A DNA stretch of 45,245 nt from Armatimonadota bacterium (GTDB lineage Bacteria; Sysuimicrobiota; Sysuimicrobiia; Sysuimicrobiales; Kaftiobacteriaceae): NCBI GenBank assembly GCA_037440005.1, contig JBBIUY010000013.1, positions 23,409 to 68,653 on the forward strand. The letters are read 5' to 3'. Each line of letters opens with the position of its first letter. Positions within the stretch are counted from its first letter, which is position 1. A program made the translations under genes and the position numbers. Below are positions 26,654-37,314 of this stretch, one piece after another. A model generated the notes under the pieces. That model did no database searches, was not told where the DNA came from, and was given only the letters and a program-made list of their open reading frames with translations.

Positions 26654-27514
26654 ATGAGGCGGCGAGAGTTCCTCAAGACGGCCGCCGCCGTGGCCGGCGC
26701 CGGCGCGGCGAGCCTGGGCGGGGTCGTCAGCACCCTGGTGGCGTCCCCGCGGTCCGCGCAGGCCGCGCCGGCGGGAGAGGCGGTCATCGACCGGGTGGTG
26801 CGGTCGGGCAAGGTGCGGCTGGGGGTGGACCTGACCTTTCCCCCGCTGCAGTTCCGCGACCCCAAGACGCAGGAGCCCACGGGCTACTGCGTGGAGATCA
26901 GCCAGGCCATCGCCCGGGACCTGGGCGTCCAGATCGAGTGGGTGGAGCTGCCCTTCGCCCAGCTCATCCCGGCGATGCTGGCCGGGCGGTTTGACTGGAG
27001 CGGCATCGGCCTTACCATCACTCCCGAGCGGGCCAAGTCCGTGCGCTTCGTGGACGAGCCCCTGTTCACCGAGGACTCGGTGCTGCTGATCCCCCGGGAT
27101 GTCACCCTGAAGAGCCTGGACGACCTGAACAAGCCCACGGTGACCATCAGCAACCTGGTGGGCTCGGCCCAGGACGCCACGGCCCGGCTGCTGTGGCCCC
27201 GGGCGCGGTTCAAGCCCCTGCAGCAGCAGGAGGCGATGCTGGAGGTGGCCTCAGGACGCGCCCAGGCGTGTCTGGTGGCCGCGTGGGTGGCGGTGCCGTT
27301 CGCCGAGCAGAACCGGAACGTGCGGATCTGGGAGGGCGGGTCGGTCATCCACGACGTCAACGCCGTCATGCTGCCCCTGGGAGACGAGAAGACCGCCTAC
27401 TGGCTGTCCAACTGGTTCCGCTACCACGGAGCCCATCGGCTGCCCGAGGGCCTGTGGAAGAAGTGGCTGGGAGAGTTCCTGGCCAAGATTCAGCGGTACA
27501 GCAAGCCCCGCTGA
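26654..27514 (+). CDS. amino-acid ABC transporter substrate-binding protein (family 3), Tat signal
   Basis: MRRREFLK Tat motif; FPPLQF, GRFDW, TITPERAK. Confidence 0.9.
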   Translation: MRRREFLKTAAAVAGAGAASLGGVVSTLVASPRSAQAAPAGEAVIDRVVRSGKVRLGVDLTFPPLQFRDPKTQEPTGYCVEISQAIARDLGVQIEWVELPFAQLIPAMLAGRFDWSGIGLTITPERAKSVRFVDEPLFTEDSVLLIPRDVTLKSLDDLNKPTVTISNLVGSAQDATARLLWPRARFKPLQQQEAMLEVASGRAQACLVAAWVAVPFAEQNRNVRIWEGGSVIHDVNAVMLPLGDEKTAYWLSNWFRYHGAHRLPEGLWKKWLGEFLAKIQRYSKPR

Positions 27515-27539
27515 GGGCCGGGGTCGCGGGAGAGGCCGG

Positions 27540-28199
27540 ATGCCGTACCAGTTCGAGTGGTACCTGGTGGCCCGCCACTGGCAGCCCATCGTCGTCGGAG
27601 CGCTGGTCACCTACTGGGTGGCGGTGGTCTCCATGGCGCTGGCGTCGGCATTCGGCCTCGCCCTGGCCCTGGCGCAGCGTGCGCCGGTGGTGGGCCGGGC
27701 GGCCCGGGTTTACGTCCAGCTGATGCGGGCCGTGCCCCTGTACGCGTTCTTGCTGTGGCTGTACTACGGGCTGTCGGTGGCCGCCGGGCTGACCCTGGGC
27801 CCGCTGGTGGCCGGCTGCCTGTCCCTGGGTTTGATCACCGCCGCCTACATGGCGGAAATCTACCGGGCCGGCCTGCGGGCGGTCGGCCGCGGCCAGGTGG
27901 ACGCGGCCCGCGCTTTGGGCCTGTCGCCGGTGGCGGTGTACCGGGACGTGGTGCTGCCCCAGGCGGTGCGTGTCATCCTGCCGGCGGCCGCCAGCCAGTT
28001 CGTGGGGGTGCTCAAGGGGGCGGCCATCGTCTCGGTGGTCGGCGTCCCCGACCTGATGTTCTTCGCCAACTGGGCGTCGTTGCGCTACTTCAAGCCCTTT
28101 GAGTTCTACACGGTGGCGGGAGCCATCCTGGTGGGCAGCACGGTGCTGGTGGCCGGGGCCGTCGCGCTGCTGGAGCGGCGCCTGCGGGCAGGGCGCTGA
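27540..28199 (+). CDS. amino-acid ABC transporter permease
   Basis: RAVPL, AYMAEIYRAG..GQVDAARALGL, VVLPQA. Confidence 0.9.
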   Translation: MPYQFEWYLVARHWQPIVVGALVTYWVAVVSMALASAFGLALALAQRAPVVGRAARVYVQLMRAVPLYAFLLWLYYGLSVAAGLTLGPLVAGCLSLGLITAAYMAEIYRAGLRAVGRGQVDAARALGLSPVAVYRDVVLPQAVRVILPAAASQFVGVLKGAAIVSVVGVPDLMFFANWASLRYFKPFEFYTVAGAILVGSTVLVAGAVALLERRLRAGR

Positions 28200-28210
28200 C
28201 GGAGGAGACC

Positions 28211-28879
28211 GTGGAGGGCGGGTTCCGGGCGGACCTGGTGCTGGCCGGCGGCCGGCTGCTGCTGGCCGGGCTGGGCGTGGCCGTGGGGGTGGCGGTGGCG
28301 GCCATGGCGGTGGCGGTGATTGTGGGGCTGGTGGTGGCCGCCCTGCGCCAGGCGCGGTCTCCCTGGCTGTGGGTCCCGGCCTTCGCCTACATCCAGCTGT
28401 TCAGGGGGACGTCGCTGTACGTGTTCATCCTGTGGGTCTACTTCGGGCTGGCCATGGCCACAGGGGTCGCTCTGCCGCCGGTGGGGGCGGCGGTGGTCTG
28501 CCTGGGGATGCTCCACAGCGCCTACATGGCCGAGATCTACCGGGCCGGGCTGTCGGCCGTCCCCCGCGGGCAGTTTGAGGCCGCCCGGGCGCTGGGGCTG
28601 TCCGGGTTCTCTCTCTACAGGGACGTGGTGGCGCCTCAGGCCCTGGCGGTGATCGTGCCGGCGGCGGCCAACCTGTTCGTGGACGTCCTCAAGGACTCGG
28701 CGCTGGTGGGGGTGGTGGGGGTGAACGACGTCATGCGGGTGGCCGACCGCCTCACACGGTTCTACTTCCGTCCCTTCGAGTTCTTCACCGCCGCGGCGGG
28801 ACTGTACGTGGCGACGATCCTGGCTTTCTCCCATCTGGTGGCGCGCCGGCTGGACGAGCGGTTCGCCCCGCGCTCGTAG
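28211..28879 (+). CDS. amino-acid ABC transporter permease
   Basis: SAYMAEIYRAG..GQFEAARALGL, LKDSAL. Confidence 0.9.
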   Translation: MEGGFRADLVLAGGRLLLAGLGVAVGVAVAAMAVAVIVGLVVAALRQARSPWLWVPAFAYIQLFRGTSLYVFILWVYFGLAMATGVALPPVGAAVVCLGMLHSAYMAEIYRAGLSAVPRGQFEAARALGLSGFSLYRDVVAPQALAVIVPAAANLFVDVLKDSALVGVVGVNDVMRVADRLTRFYFRPFEFFTAAAGLYVATILAFSHLVARRLDERFAPRS

Positions 28880-28882
28880 ACC

Positions 28883-29932
28883 ATGGCGAAGGTCCTGCGC
28901 ATCGGGTTCGCGGCGCCCCTGTCGGGGGACCAGGCGCTGGTGGGAGTGCCCATGGCCCGGTGCGCCGAGCTGGCCCTGGAGCACGCCCGGCGCGCGGGCT
29001 GGCTGGGGATCCCGGTGGCCCTGGAACCCGTCGACGACCGGGCCGACCCGGCCACGGCGGCGGCGGCCGCCCGTGCGTTCGCCGCCGACCCGGCCGTGGT
29101 CGGGGTCGTCGGCCACAAGAACAGCGGTCCGTCGGCCGCCGCCGCTCCCGTCTACCACGCCGCCGGGCTGGCCCAGCTGACCCCGTCGTCCACGCGGCCG
29201 GACCTGAGCCGTCGCGGGTACCGGACCTTCTTCCGGCTGTGCGCCCACGACGGGGTGCAGGGCGCGGCGGCCGCCCGCGCCGCGGTGAGGCGCCTGGGCG
29301 CCCGGCGCCTGGCGGTGGTCCACGACGGCACGGGCTACGGTCGGCCCCTGGCCCGCGCGTTTGCCGCCGCCGCCCGGGCGCAGGGTGCCGTGGTGCTCGG
29401 CACCGTGCGGCTCTCTCCCGGAGCCGGCAGCCATCCCCGGGCCGCAGAACGCCTCGGGCGCCTGAGGCCGGAGCTGGTGTTCTTCGCCCTCACCGAGATC
29501 GACAGCGCCGCGCTCACCCGCGACCTGCGCGCCGCGGGCGTCCGGGCGCTGCTGCTGGGCACCGACGGAGGACCGGACTCCCGGTATCCCGCCCTGGCCG
29601 GCGCGGCCGGGGAGGGCGTCTACCACACCTACGCCGGCAGCGTCCTCGCAGGAGAGCCGGCTTGGGCTTTCGCCCGGGCCTGCCGGGAGCGGTTCGGCGA
29701 ACCGCCCCCCTACGGCGCCGAGGTCTACGACGCCGCCAGCGTCCTGCTGGCGGCGGTGGCCGCGGCCGGAGGCGGAGGCAGGGCGGCGGTCCTTCAGGCC
29801 GTCGCCGGCACCGACCGGGTCGGCCTGACCGGGCGCATCCGGTTCGACCGGCGAGGCGAGAGAGTCTCCCCCCAGGTGACCCTCTGGCAGGTGCACCGGG
29901 GGGCCATGACGTTCCGGCTCCGCCTGGCCTGA
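28883..29932 (+). CDS. LivJ/LivK-like solute-binding protein without a signal peptide
   Basis: IGFAAPLSG, DDRADP, VVGHKNSG, TPSST, FFRLCAHD..QG, YDAA. Confidence 0.85.
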   Translation: MAKVLRIGFAAPLSGDQALVGVPMARCAELALEHARRAGWLGIPVALEPVDDRADPATAAAAARAFAADPAVVGVVGHKNSGPSAAAAPVYHAAGLAQLTPSSTRPDLSRRGYRTFFRLCAHDGVQGAAAARAAVRRLGARRLAVVHDGTGYGRPLARAFAAAARAQGAVVLGTVRLSPGAGSHPRAAERLGRLRPELVFFALTEIDSAALTRDLRAAGVRALLLGTDGGPDSRYPALAGAAGEGVYHTYAGSVLAGEPAWAFARACRERFGEPPPYGAEVYDAASVLLAAVAAAGGGGRAAVLQAVAGTDRVGLTGRIRFDRRGERVSPQVTLWQVHRGAMTFRLRLA

Positions 29933-29936
29933 CGGG

Positions 29937-30689
29937 CTACAGCAGCAGCCACCCTCCGTCCACCACCAGGGTGTGGCCCGTGATGTACGACGCCTCGTCG
30001 GAACACAAAAAGACCACCGCCGCCGCCACGTCCTCGGGCCGGCCCAGGCGGCCCAGGGGGATCTTCTCCCGGGCGAACGCCTCCAGGCGGGCAGGGTCCA
30101 CGACGGACCGGGTGAGCGGGGTGTCGATGGTGCCGGGGGCCACCGCGTTGACCGTGATGCCGTACGGGGCCAGCTGCACCGCCGCGGACACGGTCAGCAT
30201 CCGCACGCCGGCCTTGCTCACGTCGTAGGGCACCATGGGGCGTGTGGACGCCACGAAGGACGACGTGCTGGCCAGGTTGACGATGCGACCGCCCCGCCCC
30301 CGGGCCGTCATGGCCCGGGCGGCGTACTGGGAGGCGAAGAAGGCGGCCTTCAGGTTCACCGCCATCTGCCGGTCCCACTGCTCCTCGGTCACGTCCAGGA
30401 AGGGGGTGACCTCGGCGATGCCGGCGTTGTTGACCAGGATGTCCGGGCCGCCCAGGACCCGCGCGCGCTCCACCAGGGCGGCCAGCTGGTCCAGCCGCGC
30501 CACGTCCGCGGGCACGGCCACCGCATGCCCGCCGCCGGCGACGATGGCCCGGGCGGTGACGGCGGCGGTGTCGGCCCGCACATCGGACACCACCACGGCC
30601 GCCCCCTCCCGGGCCAGGGCCAGGGCGATGGCCCGCCCGATGCCCTGGCCCGCTCCGGTGACGATGGCCACCCGGTCCCGCAACCGCAT
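29937..30689 (-). CDS. SDR family oxidoreductase
   Basis: [29 protein letters not shown]. Confidence 0.92.
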   Translation of the reverse strand: MRLRDRVAIVTGAGQGIGRAIALALAREGAAVVVSDVRADTAAVTARAIVAGGGHAVAVPADVARLDQLAALVERARVLGGPDILVNNAGIAEVTPFLDVTEEQWDRQMAVNLKAAFFASQYAARAMTARGRGGRIVNLASTSSFVASTRPMVPYDVSKAGVRMLTVSAAVQLAPYGITVNAVAPGTIDTPLTRSVVDPARLEAFAREKIPLGRLGRPEDVAAAVVFLCSDEASYITGHTLVVDGGWLLL

Positions 30690-30703
30690 CGGCGCGCGAG
30701 GGG

Positions 30704-31603
30704 TCAGTACCGCGGGATGTCCCGGTACACCGGGACATCGCCCAGGGTCGGCCCGATGATGTCGTTGTACAGTTTCTGCAGCAGCCCCTTGCCCTTCCAG
30801 TACCGCAGCCAGGCGTTGACCCACATCCACCAGTGCAGATCTCCCCGGGGCAGCGCGTAGGCGCCGAACTCCAGGGCGAACGGCCGCTCGGGATTGAGGA
30901 TCTTGGCGGTGGGGTTGTTCTTGACGAACGGGATCGCCAGGTAGGCCTCCACCACGCAGGCGTCGGCGCGCCCTGAGGCCACCTCCAGCATCGCCGGCTG
31001 CTGGTCCAGTTCCACCACCGTGGCCTTGGGGAACAGCCGCTTGGCCAGCTCGGCGGCGGTGGAGCCCGTCAGGGCGGTGACCCGGGCGCCGGACCGGTCG
31101 AACTCCGAAAAGTCCCGGGCGGTGCTGCGCGCCTGAACCATCAGGACCTGCTGGTAGGGAACGTAGGGGTCGGAAAACCACATGGACTTGGCCCGCTCGG
31201 GCCGGCCCACCAGGCCCACCGAGATCAGGTCGATCTTGCCCGCCAGCAGCGCCGGGATCAGGCCGGCAAAGTCCTGGTCCTGGATGTCCAGGCGCACCCC
31301 CAGGTCCCGGGCCATCTGGGTGAGCAGCTCCACATCGTAGCCCCGGGGCTGTCGGGTCTGCTCGTCCCGGTACATCTGGGGTTTGAACTGCAACGTCATC
31401 CCCACGATCAGCCGGCCCCGTCGGCGCACCACGTCCAGCAGCGACTCACCGGACGCCGGCGCCGCGGCGGCCGGGAGCGGGGCCACCAGGGATGCCGGGC
31501 CGCCCCACAGGGCAGCGGCGCCCGCGGACAGGGCGGCCGCCGACACGAAGCGGCGCCGGGTCAGGCGCGCGCTCTCAGACGGTGACTGACGCACGTTCCT
31601 CAT
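30704..31603 (-). CDS. amino-acid ABC transporter substrate-binding protein (family 3), Tat signal
   Basis: TRRRFVS Tat motif; [27 protein letters not shown]; paralogous to 26654-27514. Confidence 0.9.
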   Translation of the reverse strand: MRNVRQSPSESARLTRRRFVSAAALSAGAAALWGGPASLVAPLPAAAAPASGESLLDVVRRRGRLIVGMTLQFKPQMYRDEQTRQPRGYDVELLTQMARDLGVRLDIQDQDFAGLIPALLAGKIDLISVGLVGRPERAKSMWFSDPYVPYQQVLMVQARSTARDFSEFDRSGARVTALTGSTAAELAKRLFPKATVVELDQQPAMLEVASGRADACVVEAYLAIPFVKNNPTAKILNPERPFALEFGAYALPRGDLHWWMWVNAWLRYWKGKGLLQKLYNDIIGPTLGDVPVYRDIPRY

Positions 31604-31664
31604 CGGTCTCCCTCCTCGCAGTCTGAGGCAGACGGGCGATCTCCCGGCTCACCTCCCTTCTCGG

Positions 31665-32327
31665 TCAGATGCGCATCCGCCGCTCGAGCCGGGTCACCCC
31701 GTGGGAGAGGACCTGGGTGAGGACGATGAAGATCACCGCCACCACCGTGTAGAACTCGAACGGCCGGAAGGTCAGCGACACGGCCAGGTTGGCCTGCCGC
31801 ACCAGCTCAAAGACGCCGATGATGCTCACCAGCGACGAGTCCTTCAGCATGCCGACGAAGTTGTTGCCGATGGGCGGGATGATGATCCGCAGCGCCTGGG
31901 GGAAGACCACGTCCCGGAAGGCCTGCAGGGGGGTCAGGCCCAGCGACAGGGCCGCCTCCCGCTGCCCCCGGGGGATCGCCCCGATGCCCGCCCGGTAGAT
32001 CTCGGCCAGCCACCCGGCGTACTGCATGGACAGGCAGATGATCCCGGCGGTGACCGGAGGGAAGTTCACGCCCAGCATGATGGGCAGCCCGTAGTACAAC
32101 CAGATGATGAAGACGAACAGCGGGATGGCCCGGAAGACGTTGATGTACAGCTGGGCGGCCAGGGGCACCAGCGGCAGCGGCGCCATCCGGAGCACGGCCA
32201 CCACCAGGCCCAGGCCCAGGGCCAGGGCCATGGAGGCGGCGCTGATGTACACGTTCATGGCGAGGCCGGTGGCCAGCCAGTCCCACCGCTGCAGCACCGC
32301 GTCCCACTGGAACTGGAAGCGACTCAC
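31665..32327 (-). CDS. amino-acid ABC transporter permease
   Basis: [29 protein letters not shown]. Confidence 0.92.
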   Translation of the reverse strand: MSRFQFQWDAVLQRWDWLATGLAMNVYISAASMALALGLGLVVAVLRMAPLPLVPLAAQLYINVFRAIPLFVFIIWLYYGLPIMLGVNFPPVTAGIICLSMQYAGWLAEIYRAGIGAIPRGQREAALSLGLTPLQAFRDVVFPQALRIIIPPIGNNFVGMLKDSSLVSIIGVFELVRQANLAVSLTFRPFEFYTVVAVIFIVLTQVLSHGVTRLERRMRI

Positions 32328-33070
32328 AGCACCGCCCGCAAGAACGCCTGGGTCCGGGGGTTGGCCGGGTGCTGCAGGATCTCCGGCCCCCCGGACTCGA
32401 CCACAACCCCGTGGTCCATGAACACCAACTGGTCGCCCACCCGGCGGGCGAACCCCATCTCGTGGGTGACCACCACCATGGTCATCCCCTGCTCGGCCAG
32501 CCGCTCCATCACCCCCAGGACCTCCCCCACCAGCTCGGGGTCCAGGGCGGAGGTGGGTTCGTCGAACAGCATGAGCCGGGGCTGCATCACCAGGGCGCGG
32601 GCGATGGCCACCCGCTGCTGCTGGCCGCCCGAGAGGGTGGAGGGGTACGCCCGCGCCTTGTCGGCCAGCCCCACCGCCCGCAACTGGGCCAGGGCCAGCT
32701 CCTCCGCCTCGGACCGGCTCAGCCCCTTGACCCGGCGCAGGGCCAGGGTCACGTTGTCCAGCACGCTCAGGTGCGGGAACAGGTTGAACTGCTGGAACAC
32801 CATCCCGATCTGCGTCCGCAAGAAGCGCAGGTCCGCCCGGGGGCCGTCCCCGCGCGCCCCCGGCCCGTACTCCCGGCCCAGGAAGACCAGACGCCCCTGC
32901 TGGGGCTCCTCCAGGAGGTTCAGGCAGCGCAGCAGCGTGCTCTTGCCCGAGCCGCTGGGGCCGAAGATCACCACATGTTCGCCCTGGCGCACCCGCAGGT
33001 CCACGCCCCGCAGCACGTGCAGCTCCCCGAACCGCTTGTGGAGGTTTTCCACCTGCAGGATGTCCTCCAT
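32324..33070 (-). CDS. amino-acid ABC transporter ATP-binding protein (GlnQ-like)
   Basis: [36 protein letters not shown]. Confidence 0.95.
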   Translation of the reverse strand: MEDILQVENLHKRFGELHVLRGVDLRVRQGEHVVIFGPSGSGKSTLLRCLNLLEEPQQGRLVFLGREYGPGARGDGPRADLRFLRTQIGMVFQQFNLFPHLSVLDNVTLALRRVKGLSRSEAEELALAQLRAVGLADKARAYPSTLSGGQQQRVAIARALVMQPRLMLFDEPTSALDPELVGEVLGVMERLAEQGMTMVVVTHEMGFARRVGDQLVFMDHGVVVESGGPEILQHPANPRTQAFLRAVL

Positions 33071-33072
33071 GG

Positions 33073-33825
33073 CTAGGTGATCAGCCACCCGCCGTCCACC
33101 ACCAGGGTGGTCCCGGTGATGTACCCGCTGCCCTCGGAGGCCAGGAACACCGCCGCGTGGGCGATCTCCTCCGGCCGGGCAATCCGGCCCAGGGGGATGT
33201 GGCGGAGCAGCATCTCCCGCCGCGCCGGGTCGGCCAGGGAGCGGGCGACCAGGGGCGTGTCCACCACTCCGGGGGCGATGGCGTTGACGGTGATCCCAAA
33301 CGGCGCCAGCTCCAGGGCCATGGCTTTGGTGAGCATCCGCAGCCCGCCCTTGCTGGCCGCGTAGTGGGCCTGGTGGGGCAGGGCGACGTCGGCGTTGATG
33401 GAGGTGATGTGGATGATCCGCCCGCCCCGTCCGGCCCGCACCATCGCCCGCGCCACCGCCTGGCCGCACAGGAACGGGCCGGTGAGGTTGGTGGCCAGCA
33501 CCCGGGCCCACTCGGCCTCGGGCAGGTCCAAAAAGGGCACCAGGGTCTCCACCCCCGCCGCGTTGACCAGGATGTCGATGCGGCCGAAGGCCTCCAGGAC
33601 GTCGGCGACCAGGGCCGCCACCTGATCGGCCCGGGAGACGTCGGCGGGCACCGCCCGGGCCTGGCCGCCCGCGGCGGCGATGGCCGCGGCCGCCTCCCGG
33701 GCCCCGGCTCCGTTGAGGTCGGCCAGCGCCACCGCGGCGCCCTCCCGGGCGAACCGCCCGGCGATGGCCCGGCCGATGCCGGACGCCGCGCCGGTGACGA
33801 TGGCCACCCGGCCGGTCAGCTCCAC
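33073..33825 (-). CDS. SDR family oxidoreductase
   Basis: [25 protein letters not shown]. Confidence 0.92.
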   Translation of the reverse strand: MELTGRVAIVTGAASGIGRAIAGRFAREGAAVALADLNGAGAREAAAAIAAAGGQARAVPADVSRADQVAALVADVLEAFGRIDILVNAAGVETLVPFLDLPEAEWARVLATNLTGPFLCGQAVARAMVRAGRGGRIIHITSINADVALPHQAHYAASKGGLRMLTKAMALELAPFGITVNAIAPGVVDTPLVARSLADPARREMLLRHIPLGRIARPEEIAHAAVFLASEGSGYITGTTLVVDGGWLIT

Positions 33826-33850
33826 CGGCGGACGCCGCCGCGCGCGCGCC

Positions 33851-35011
33851 CTATCCCCGGACGGGGGCGGCGGCGAAGGCGCACAGGCGGCTCACCCCCT
33901 CCCGCAGGTCGTCCAGGCTGCTGGCCAGCGACACCCGCACGTACCCGTCGGCCCGCTCGCCGAACGCGCTGCCGGGGGCCACCGCCACCCCGCGCTCGCG
34001 CAGCAGCCGCAGGGCGAACTCGCGGGACGGAAGCCCGCTGCCGCGGATGTCCACCAGGATGTAGAAGGCGCCCTGGGGGGTGTACCGGTGCAGGCCGTGG
34101 GCCCGCAGGATCTCCACCACCGCGTCCCGCCGGGCGCGGTAGGCGTCCCGCATCTGCGCCACGCACTCCTGGGGTCCGTCCAGCGCCGCTTCGGCGGCCT
34201 TCTGGGCGACGGCCGAGACGCAGGAGACCAGGGGTTCCTGGATCTTGGCGATCACCCGGGAGATGTCCTCGCCGGCAATGACGAACCCCACCCGCCACCC
34301 GGTCATGGCGTAGGTTTTGCTGAGGCTGTGCACGCCGATGACCCGCTCGGGGTCCCACCGGGCGGGGCTGATGTGGCGGCCCTCGTACACCAGCTCCTCG
34401 TAGACCTCGTCGGCCAGCACGTACAGGCGGTGGCGGCGGGCGAACTCCACCAGGGCCGCCGCCCGCTCCGGCGGGAAGACGGCGCCGGTGGGATTGGCGG
34501 GGCTGTTGAGGACCAGCATCTTGGTCCGGGCGGACACCCGCGCTTCCAGGTCCTCCACCCGGGGGACGAACCCGTCCTCCGCCGGCAGCGGGTAGCCCAC
34601 CGGGACCGCCTCCCGCAGGCGGGCCGCCATGGCGTAGTTGGGCCAGCCCGGATCGGGGACGAGGACCTCGTCTCCGGGGTCGAGGACAGCGATGAACGCC
34701 GCCGCCATCCCCTGCACGCCCCCCACCGTCACGGTGACCTGGCTCGGGCTGAGAGGATGTCCCCGGCGGTCGCCGTATCGGGCGGCGATCATCTCCCGCA
34801 ACGACGCCAGCCCGGCGCTCGGCGTGTACCGGGTGAATCCGTCCCGGGCCGCCCGGGCCGCCGCCTCCACGATGTGGGGCGGGGTGGGAAAGTCCGGCTC
34901 GCCCACCTCCAGCCGGATGACTCCCGGCAGGGCCAGGGCCAGGTGCACGATCTCCCGGATGCCGGAGCCCGGCATCTGCAGGGGGGTGCGCGCCAGGGGC
35001 AGAAGGTCCAC
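33851..35011 (-). CDS. PLP-dependent aminotransferase class I/II (AspC-like)
   Basis: GEPDF, NSPANPTG, DEVY, SLSKTYAMTGWRVG. Confidence 0.93.
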   Translation of the reverse strand: MDLLPLARTPLQMPGSGIREIVHLALALPGVIRLEVGEPDFPTPPHIVEAAARAARDGFTRYTPSAGLASLREMIAARYGDRRGHPLSPSQVTVTVGGVQGMAAAFIAVLDPGDEVLVPDPGWPNYAMAARLREAVPVGYPLPAEDGFVPRVEDLEARVSARTKMLVLNSPANPTGAVFPPERAAALVEFARRHRLYVLADEVYEELVYEGRHISPARWDPERVIGVHSLSKTYAMTGWRVGFVIAGEDISRVIAKIQEPLVSCVSAVAQKAAEAALDGPQECVAQMRDAYRARRDAVVEILRAHGLHRYTPQGAFYILVDIRGSGLPSREFALRLLRERGVAVAPGSAFGERADGYVRVSLASSLDDLREGVSRLCAFAAAPVRG

Positions 35012-35020
35012 GGGGTCACC

Positions 35021-35347
35021 TCAGGGGTAGATCGGCACGTAGACCCGGGCGTCGATCTCCCGGACCGCCCGCTGTTCCCACGCCTTCCACTGGCGCCGGT
35101 GGTCCTGCCGGTCGGGGCGGTCGAAGACGGCCAGGGCCTGCTCGATGGAGGCCTCGTCCCTGATCTCGTAGACCGTCAGGTAGACCCGGTCGTCTCCGTT
35201 CCGCGACACGTACCGGGTGATCCGCGTGAACAGCGGGGCCAGGGGGGCCAGGGTGTCCAGGTAGTCGTGATGGTACCAGCGGTTGAAGGCCTCTTCCTGG
35301 GCGGGGTCCACGCGCAGGCGGACCAGCAGCAGCGGGCGGGCGTTCAT
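35021..35347 (-). CDS. small dimeric alpha+beta barrel protein (DUF4286/EthD-like)
   Basis: GGAGG SD; VDPAQEEAFNRWYHHDY..RY..YLTVYE; overlaps the upstream stop (ATGA). Confidence 0.7.
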   Translation of the reverse strand: MNARPLLLVRLRVDPAQEEAFNRWYHHDYLDTLAPLAPLFTRITRYVSRNGDDRVYLTVYEIRDEASIEQALAVFDRPDRQDHRRQWKAWEQRAVREIDARVYVPIYP

Positions 35348-36297
35348 CGGATCCGTCCTCCCTCCGTGTCCTCCGATCGCACCCGGGCGGCGACCTCGCG
35401 GATGAACAGGCGCATCGCCTCCAGGTGCTCGTCGGGTGTGGCGTGCTCGAACTGGCAGACGAAGTGGCTGACGCCCGCCCGGGCCGCCTCGCGGACACCG
35501 GCGACGACATCCTCCAGCGAGCCTGTCAGGGCCCCGGCCGCCGGGGCGGGGAAACGCCCGTCCTGGACGCCGGCGGAGGCCTGTCGACCGGCGGCCAGCA
35601 GCGGGCGCAGGTCCACCGTGCGCCGCAGGGTGACGTCCACGGTACGCCCTTCCCGGACGGCCAGCGCCCGCACCCGCTCCACCATGGCGGTGAGGCTCTC
35701 CCCGCCGATGTCGTCGGCGTGCCAGGCGTCGCCCAGCCGCGCGGCCCGGCGCAGCGCCGCGTCGGTGTAGCCCCCGACCCAGACGGGAGGCCCTCCGGCC
35801 TGGGCGGGGGGAGGGCCGAACAGGACGTTCGCAAACCGGTAGAACTCTCCGTGGAAGGCCGGCCGGGGGTGGGTCCACAGGACCCGCAGCACCCGGATTG
35901 CCTCGTCCAGGTGGCGGCCCCGGAGGCGGAAGTCGGCCCCCAGGGCCTCGAACTCTCCCGGGATCCACCCGGCTCCCACGCCCAGGATGACCCGGCCACC
36001 GGACAGCGCGTCCAGGGTGGCCACCTGCCGGGCGACCTCGACGGCATGGCGCAGGGGCAGGACCAGCACCGACGTGCCCAGCCGCACCCGCCGGGTGCGG
36101 CCGGCGACGAACGCGAGGGTGGTCAGGCACTCGAACAGCGTCCCGTACCGCGCCCGGTCGGCGGGGGGGAGCAGGTGGTCGCTGGCCCACACCGAGTCGT
36201 AGCCCAGCTGCTCGGCGGCCTGCGCCGCCTCCGCGATCCCGTCGGCGGTCGGGGGAGCCCCGAAGGGGAAGGTGGGCAGGCAGACCCCGTACTGCAT
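35344..36297 (-). CDS. LLM-class, probably F420-dependent oxidoreductase (Rv2161c-like)
   Basis: [46 protein letters not shown]. Confidence 0.9.
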   Translation of the reverse strand: MQYGVCLPTFPFGAPPTADGIAEAAQAAEQLGYDSVWASDHLLPPADRARYGTLFECLTTLAFVAGRTRRVRLGTSVLVLPLRHAVEVARQVATLDALSGGRVILGVGAGWIPGEFEALGADFRLRGRHLDEAIRVLRVLWTHPRPAFHGEFYRFANVLFGPPPAQAGGPPVWVGGYTDAALRRAARLGDAWHADDIGGESLTAMVERVRALAVREGRTVDVTLRRTVDLRPLLAAGRQASAGVQDGRFPAPAAGALTGSLEDVVAGVREAARAGVSHFVCQFEHATPDEHLEAMRLFIREVAARVRSEDTEGGRIR

Positions 36298-36298
36298 C

Positions 36299-36410
36299 GC
36301 AAAACCTGGTTTCACGATTTAATGCAGCGTTATTCCACCCGACGGGCGCTGATCCCTTCCCGAAGAGCCCGGTCCCCGCCCGGAGCCGAACCGGTGAAGA
36401 GGAGTTTTGC
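36299..36410. promoter_or_regulatory. divergent promoter region with two candidate IclR operators
   Basis: GCAAAAC-CTG-GTTTCA (36299-36314) and TGAAGA-GGA-GTTTTGC (36395-36410). Confidence 0.5.
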
Positions 36411-36477
36411 GCTTCTCACACAAACTGCTTCTATGCGGGGGGACGGGGGGACGACCGGGGCCCCGCGAGGTGACGCG

Positions 36478-37314
36478 ATGGCCAGAACCAACTACCAGAT
36501 CCGCGCGGTGCAGCGGGCCCTGCACGTGCTGACCAGCTTCACCGCGTCCGAGCCGGAGATGTCCCTGTCGCGTCTGGCCAGCAAGACCCGATTGCACAAG
36601 GCGACCCTGGTGCGGATGCTGCGGTGCCTGGAGTCGCTGGGGTTCATCCGGCAGACCGAAGCCGGCCGCTACGAGCTGGGGGTGAAGGTCTTCGAGCTGG
36701 GCAGCGTCTACTACGTCACCCAGCTGAACGTCGAGCGGCTGGCGCGGCCGTGGATGGAGCGCCTGGTGGACCGCTGGGGGCTGACGGCCAACCTGGCCGT
36801 GCTGGACGAGGGCCAGATCGTCTACGTCGCCATCGTGGAGCCCAAGCGGGCCCTGCGGGTGCAGTTCTCGGTGGGCAGCCGGTTTGCGGCCCACTGCACG
36901 GCCCTGGGCAAATCGCTGCTCTCGGGGCTGGACGACCGGGAGGTGGACCGCATCGTGGCGCGGCGGGGGCTGCCCAGGATGACCGAGCACACCATCACCG
37001 ACCCCGCCGAACTCAAGCGCCAGCTGGCCGAGGTCCGCGCCCGGGGGTACGCGGTGGACAACCAGGAGTCCATCCCCAACGTCCGCTGCGTGGGGGTGCC
37101 CCTGCGCGACCACCGCGGCCGCGTGGTCGCCGCCCTCAGCCTGTCAGGGTCCATCCTGGACCTGACCCCGGAGGCCATCCGCCCCGTCGCCTCGGACCTG
37201 CTGGAGGCAGCCGCCGCCATCACCCGGGCCATGGGCGGGTCGGCCGAGCCCCGGGTGGCCGGGCCGGGGCCGGCTGTGGAAGTTCCGGCGTCAGGAACCG
37301 CGCAGGGCCGGTAG
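36478..37314 (+). CDS. IclR family transcriptional regulator
   Basis: AVQRALHVL..LHKATLVRML HTH; HCTALGK, RGYAVD, VAALSLSG effector domain. Confidence 0.93.
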   Translation: MARTNYQIRAVQRALHVLTSFTASEPEMSLSRLASKTRLHKATLVRMLRCLESLGFIRQTEAGRYELGVKVFELGSVYYVTQLNVERLARPWMERLVDRWGLTANLAVLDEGQIVYVAIVEPKRALRVQFSVGSRFAAHCTALGKSLLSGLDDREVDRIVARRGLPRMTEHTITDPAELKRQLAEVRARGYAVDNQESIPNVRCVGVPLRDHRGRVVAALSLSGSILDLTPEAIRPVASDLLEAAAAITRAMGGSAEPRVAGPGPAVEVPASGTAQGR

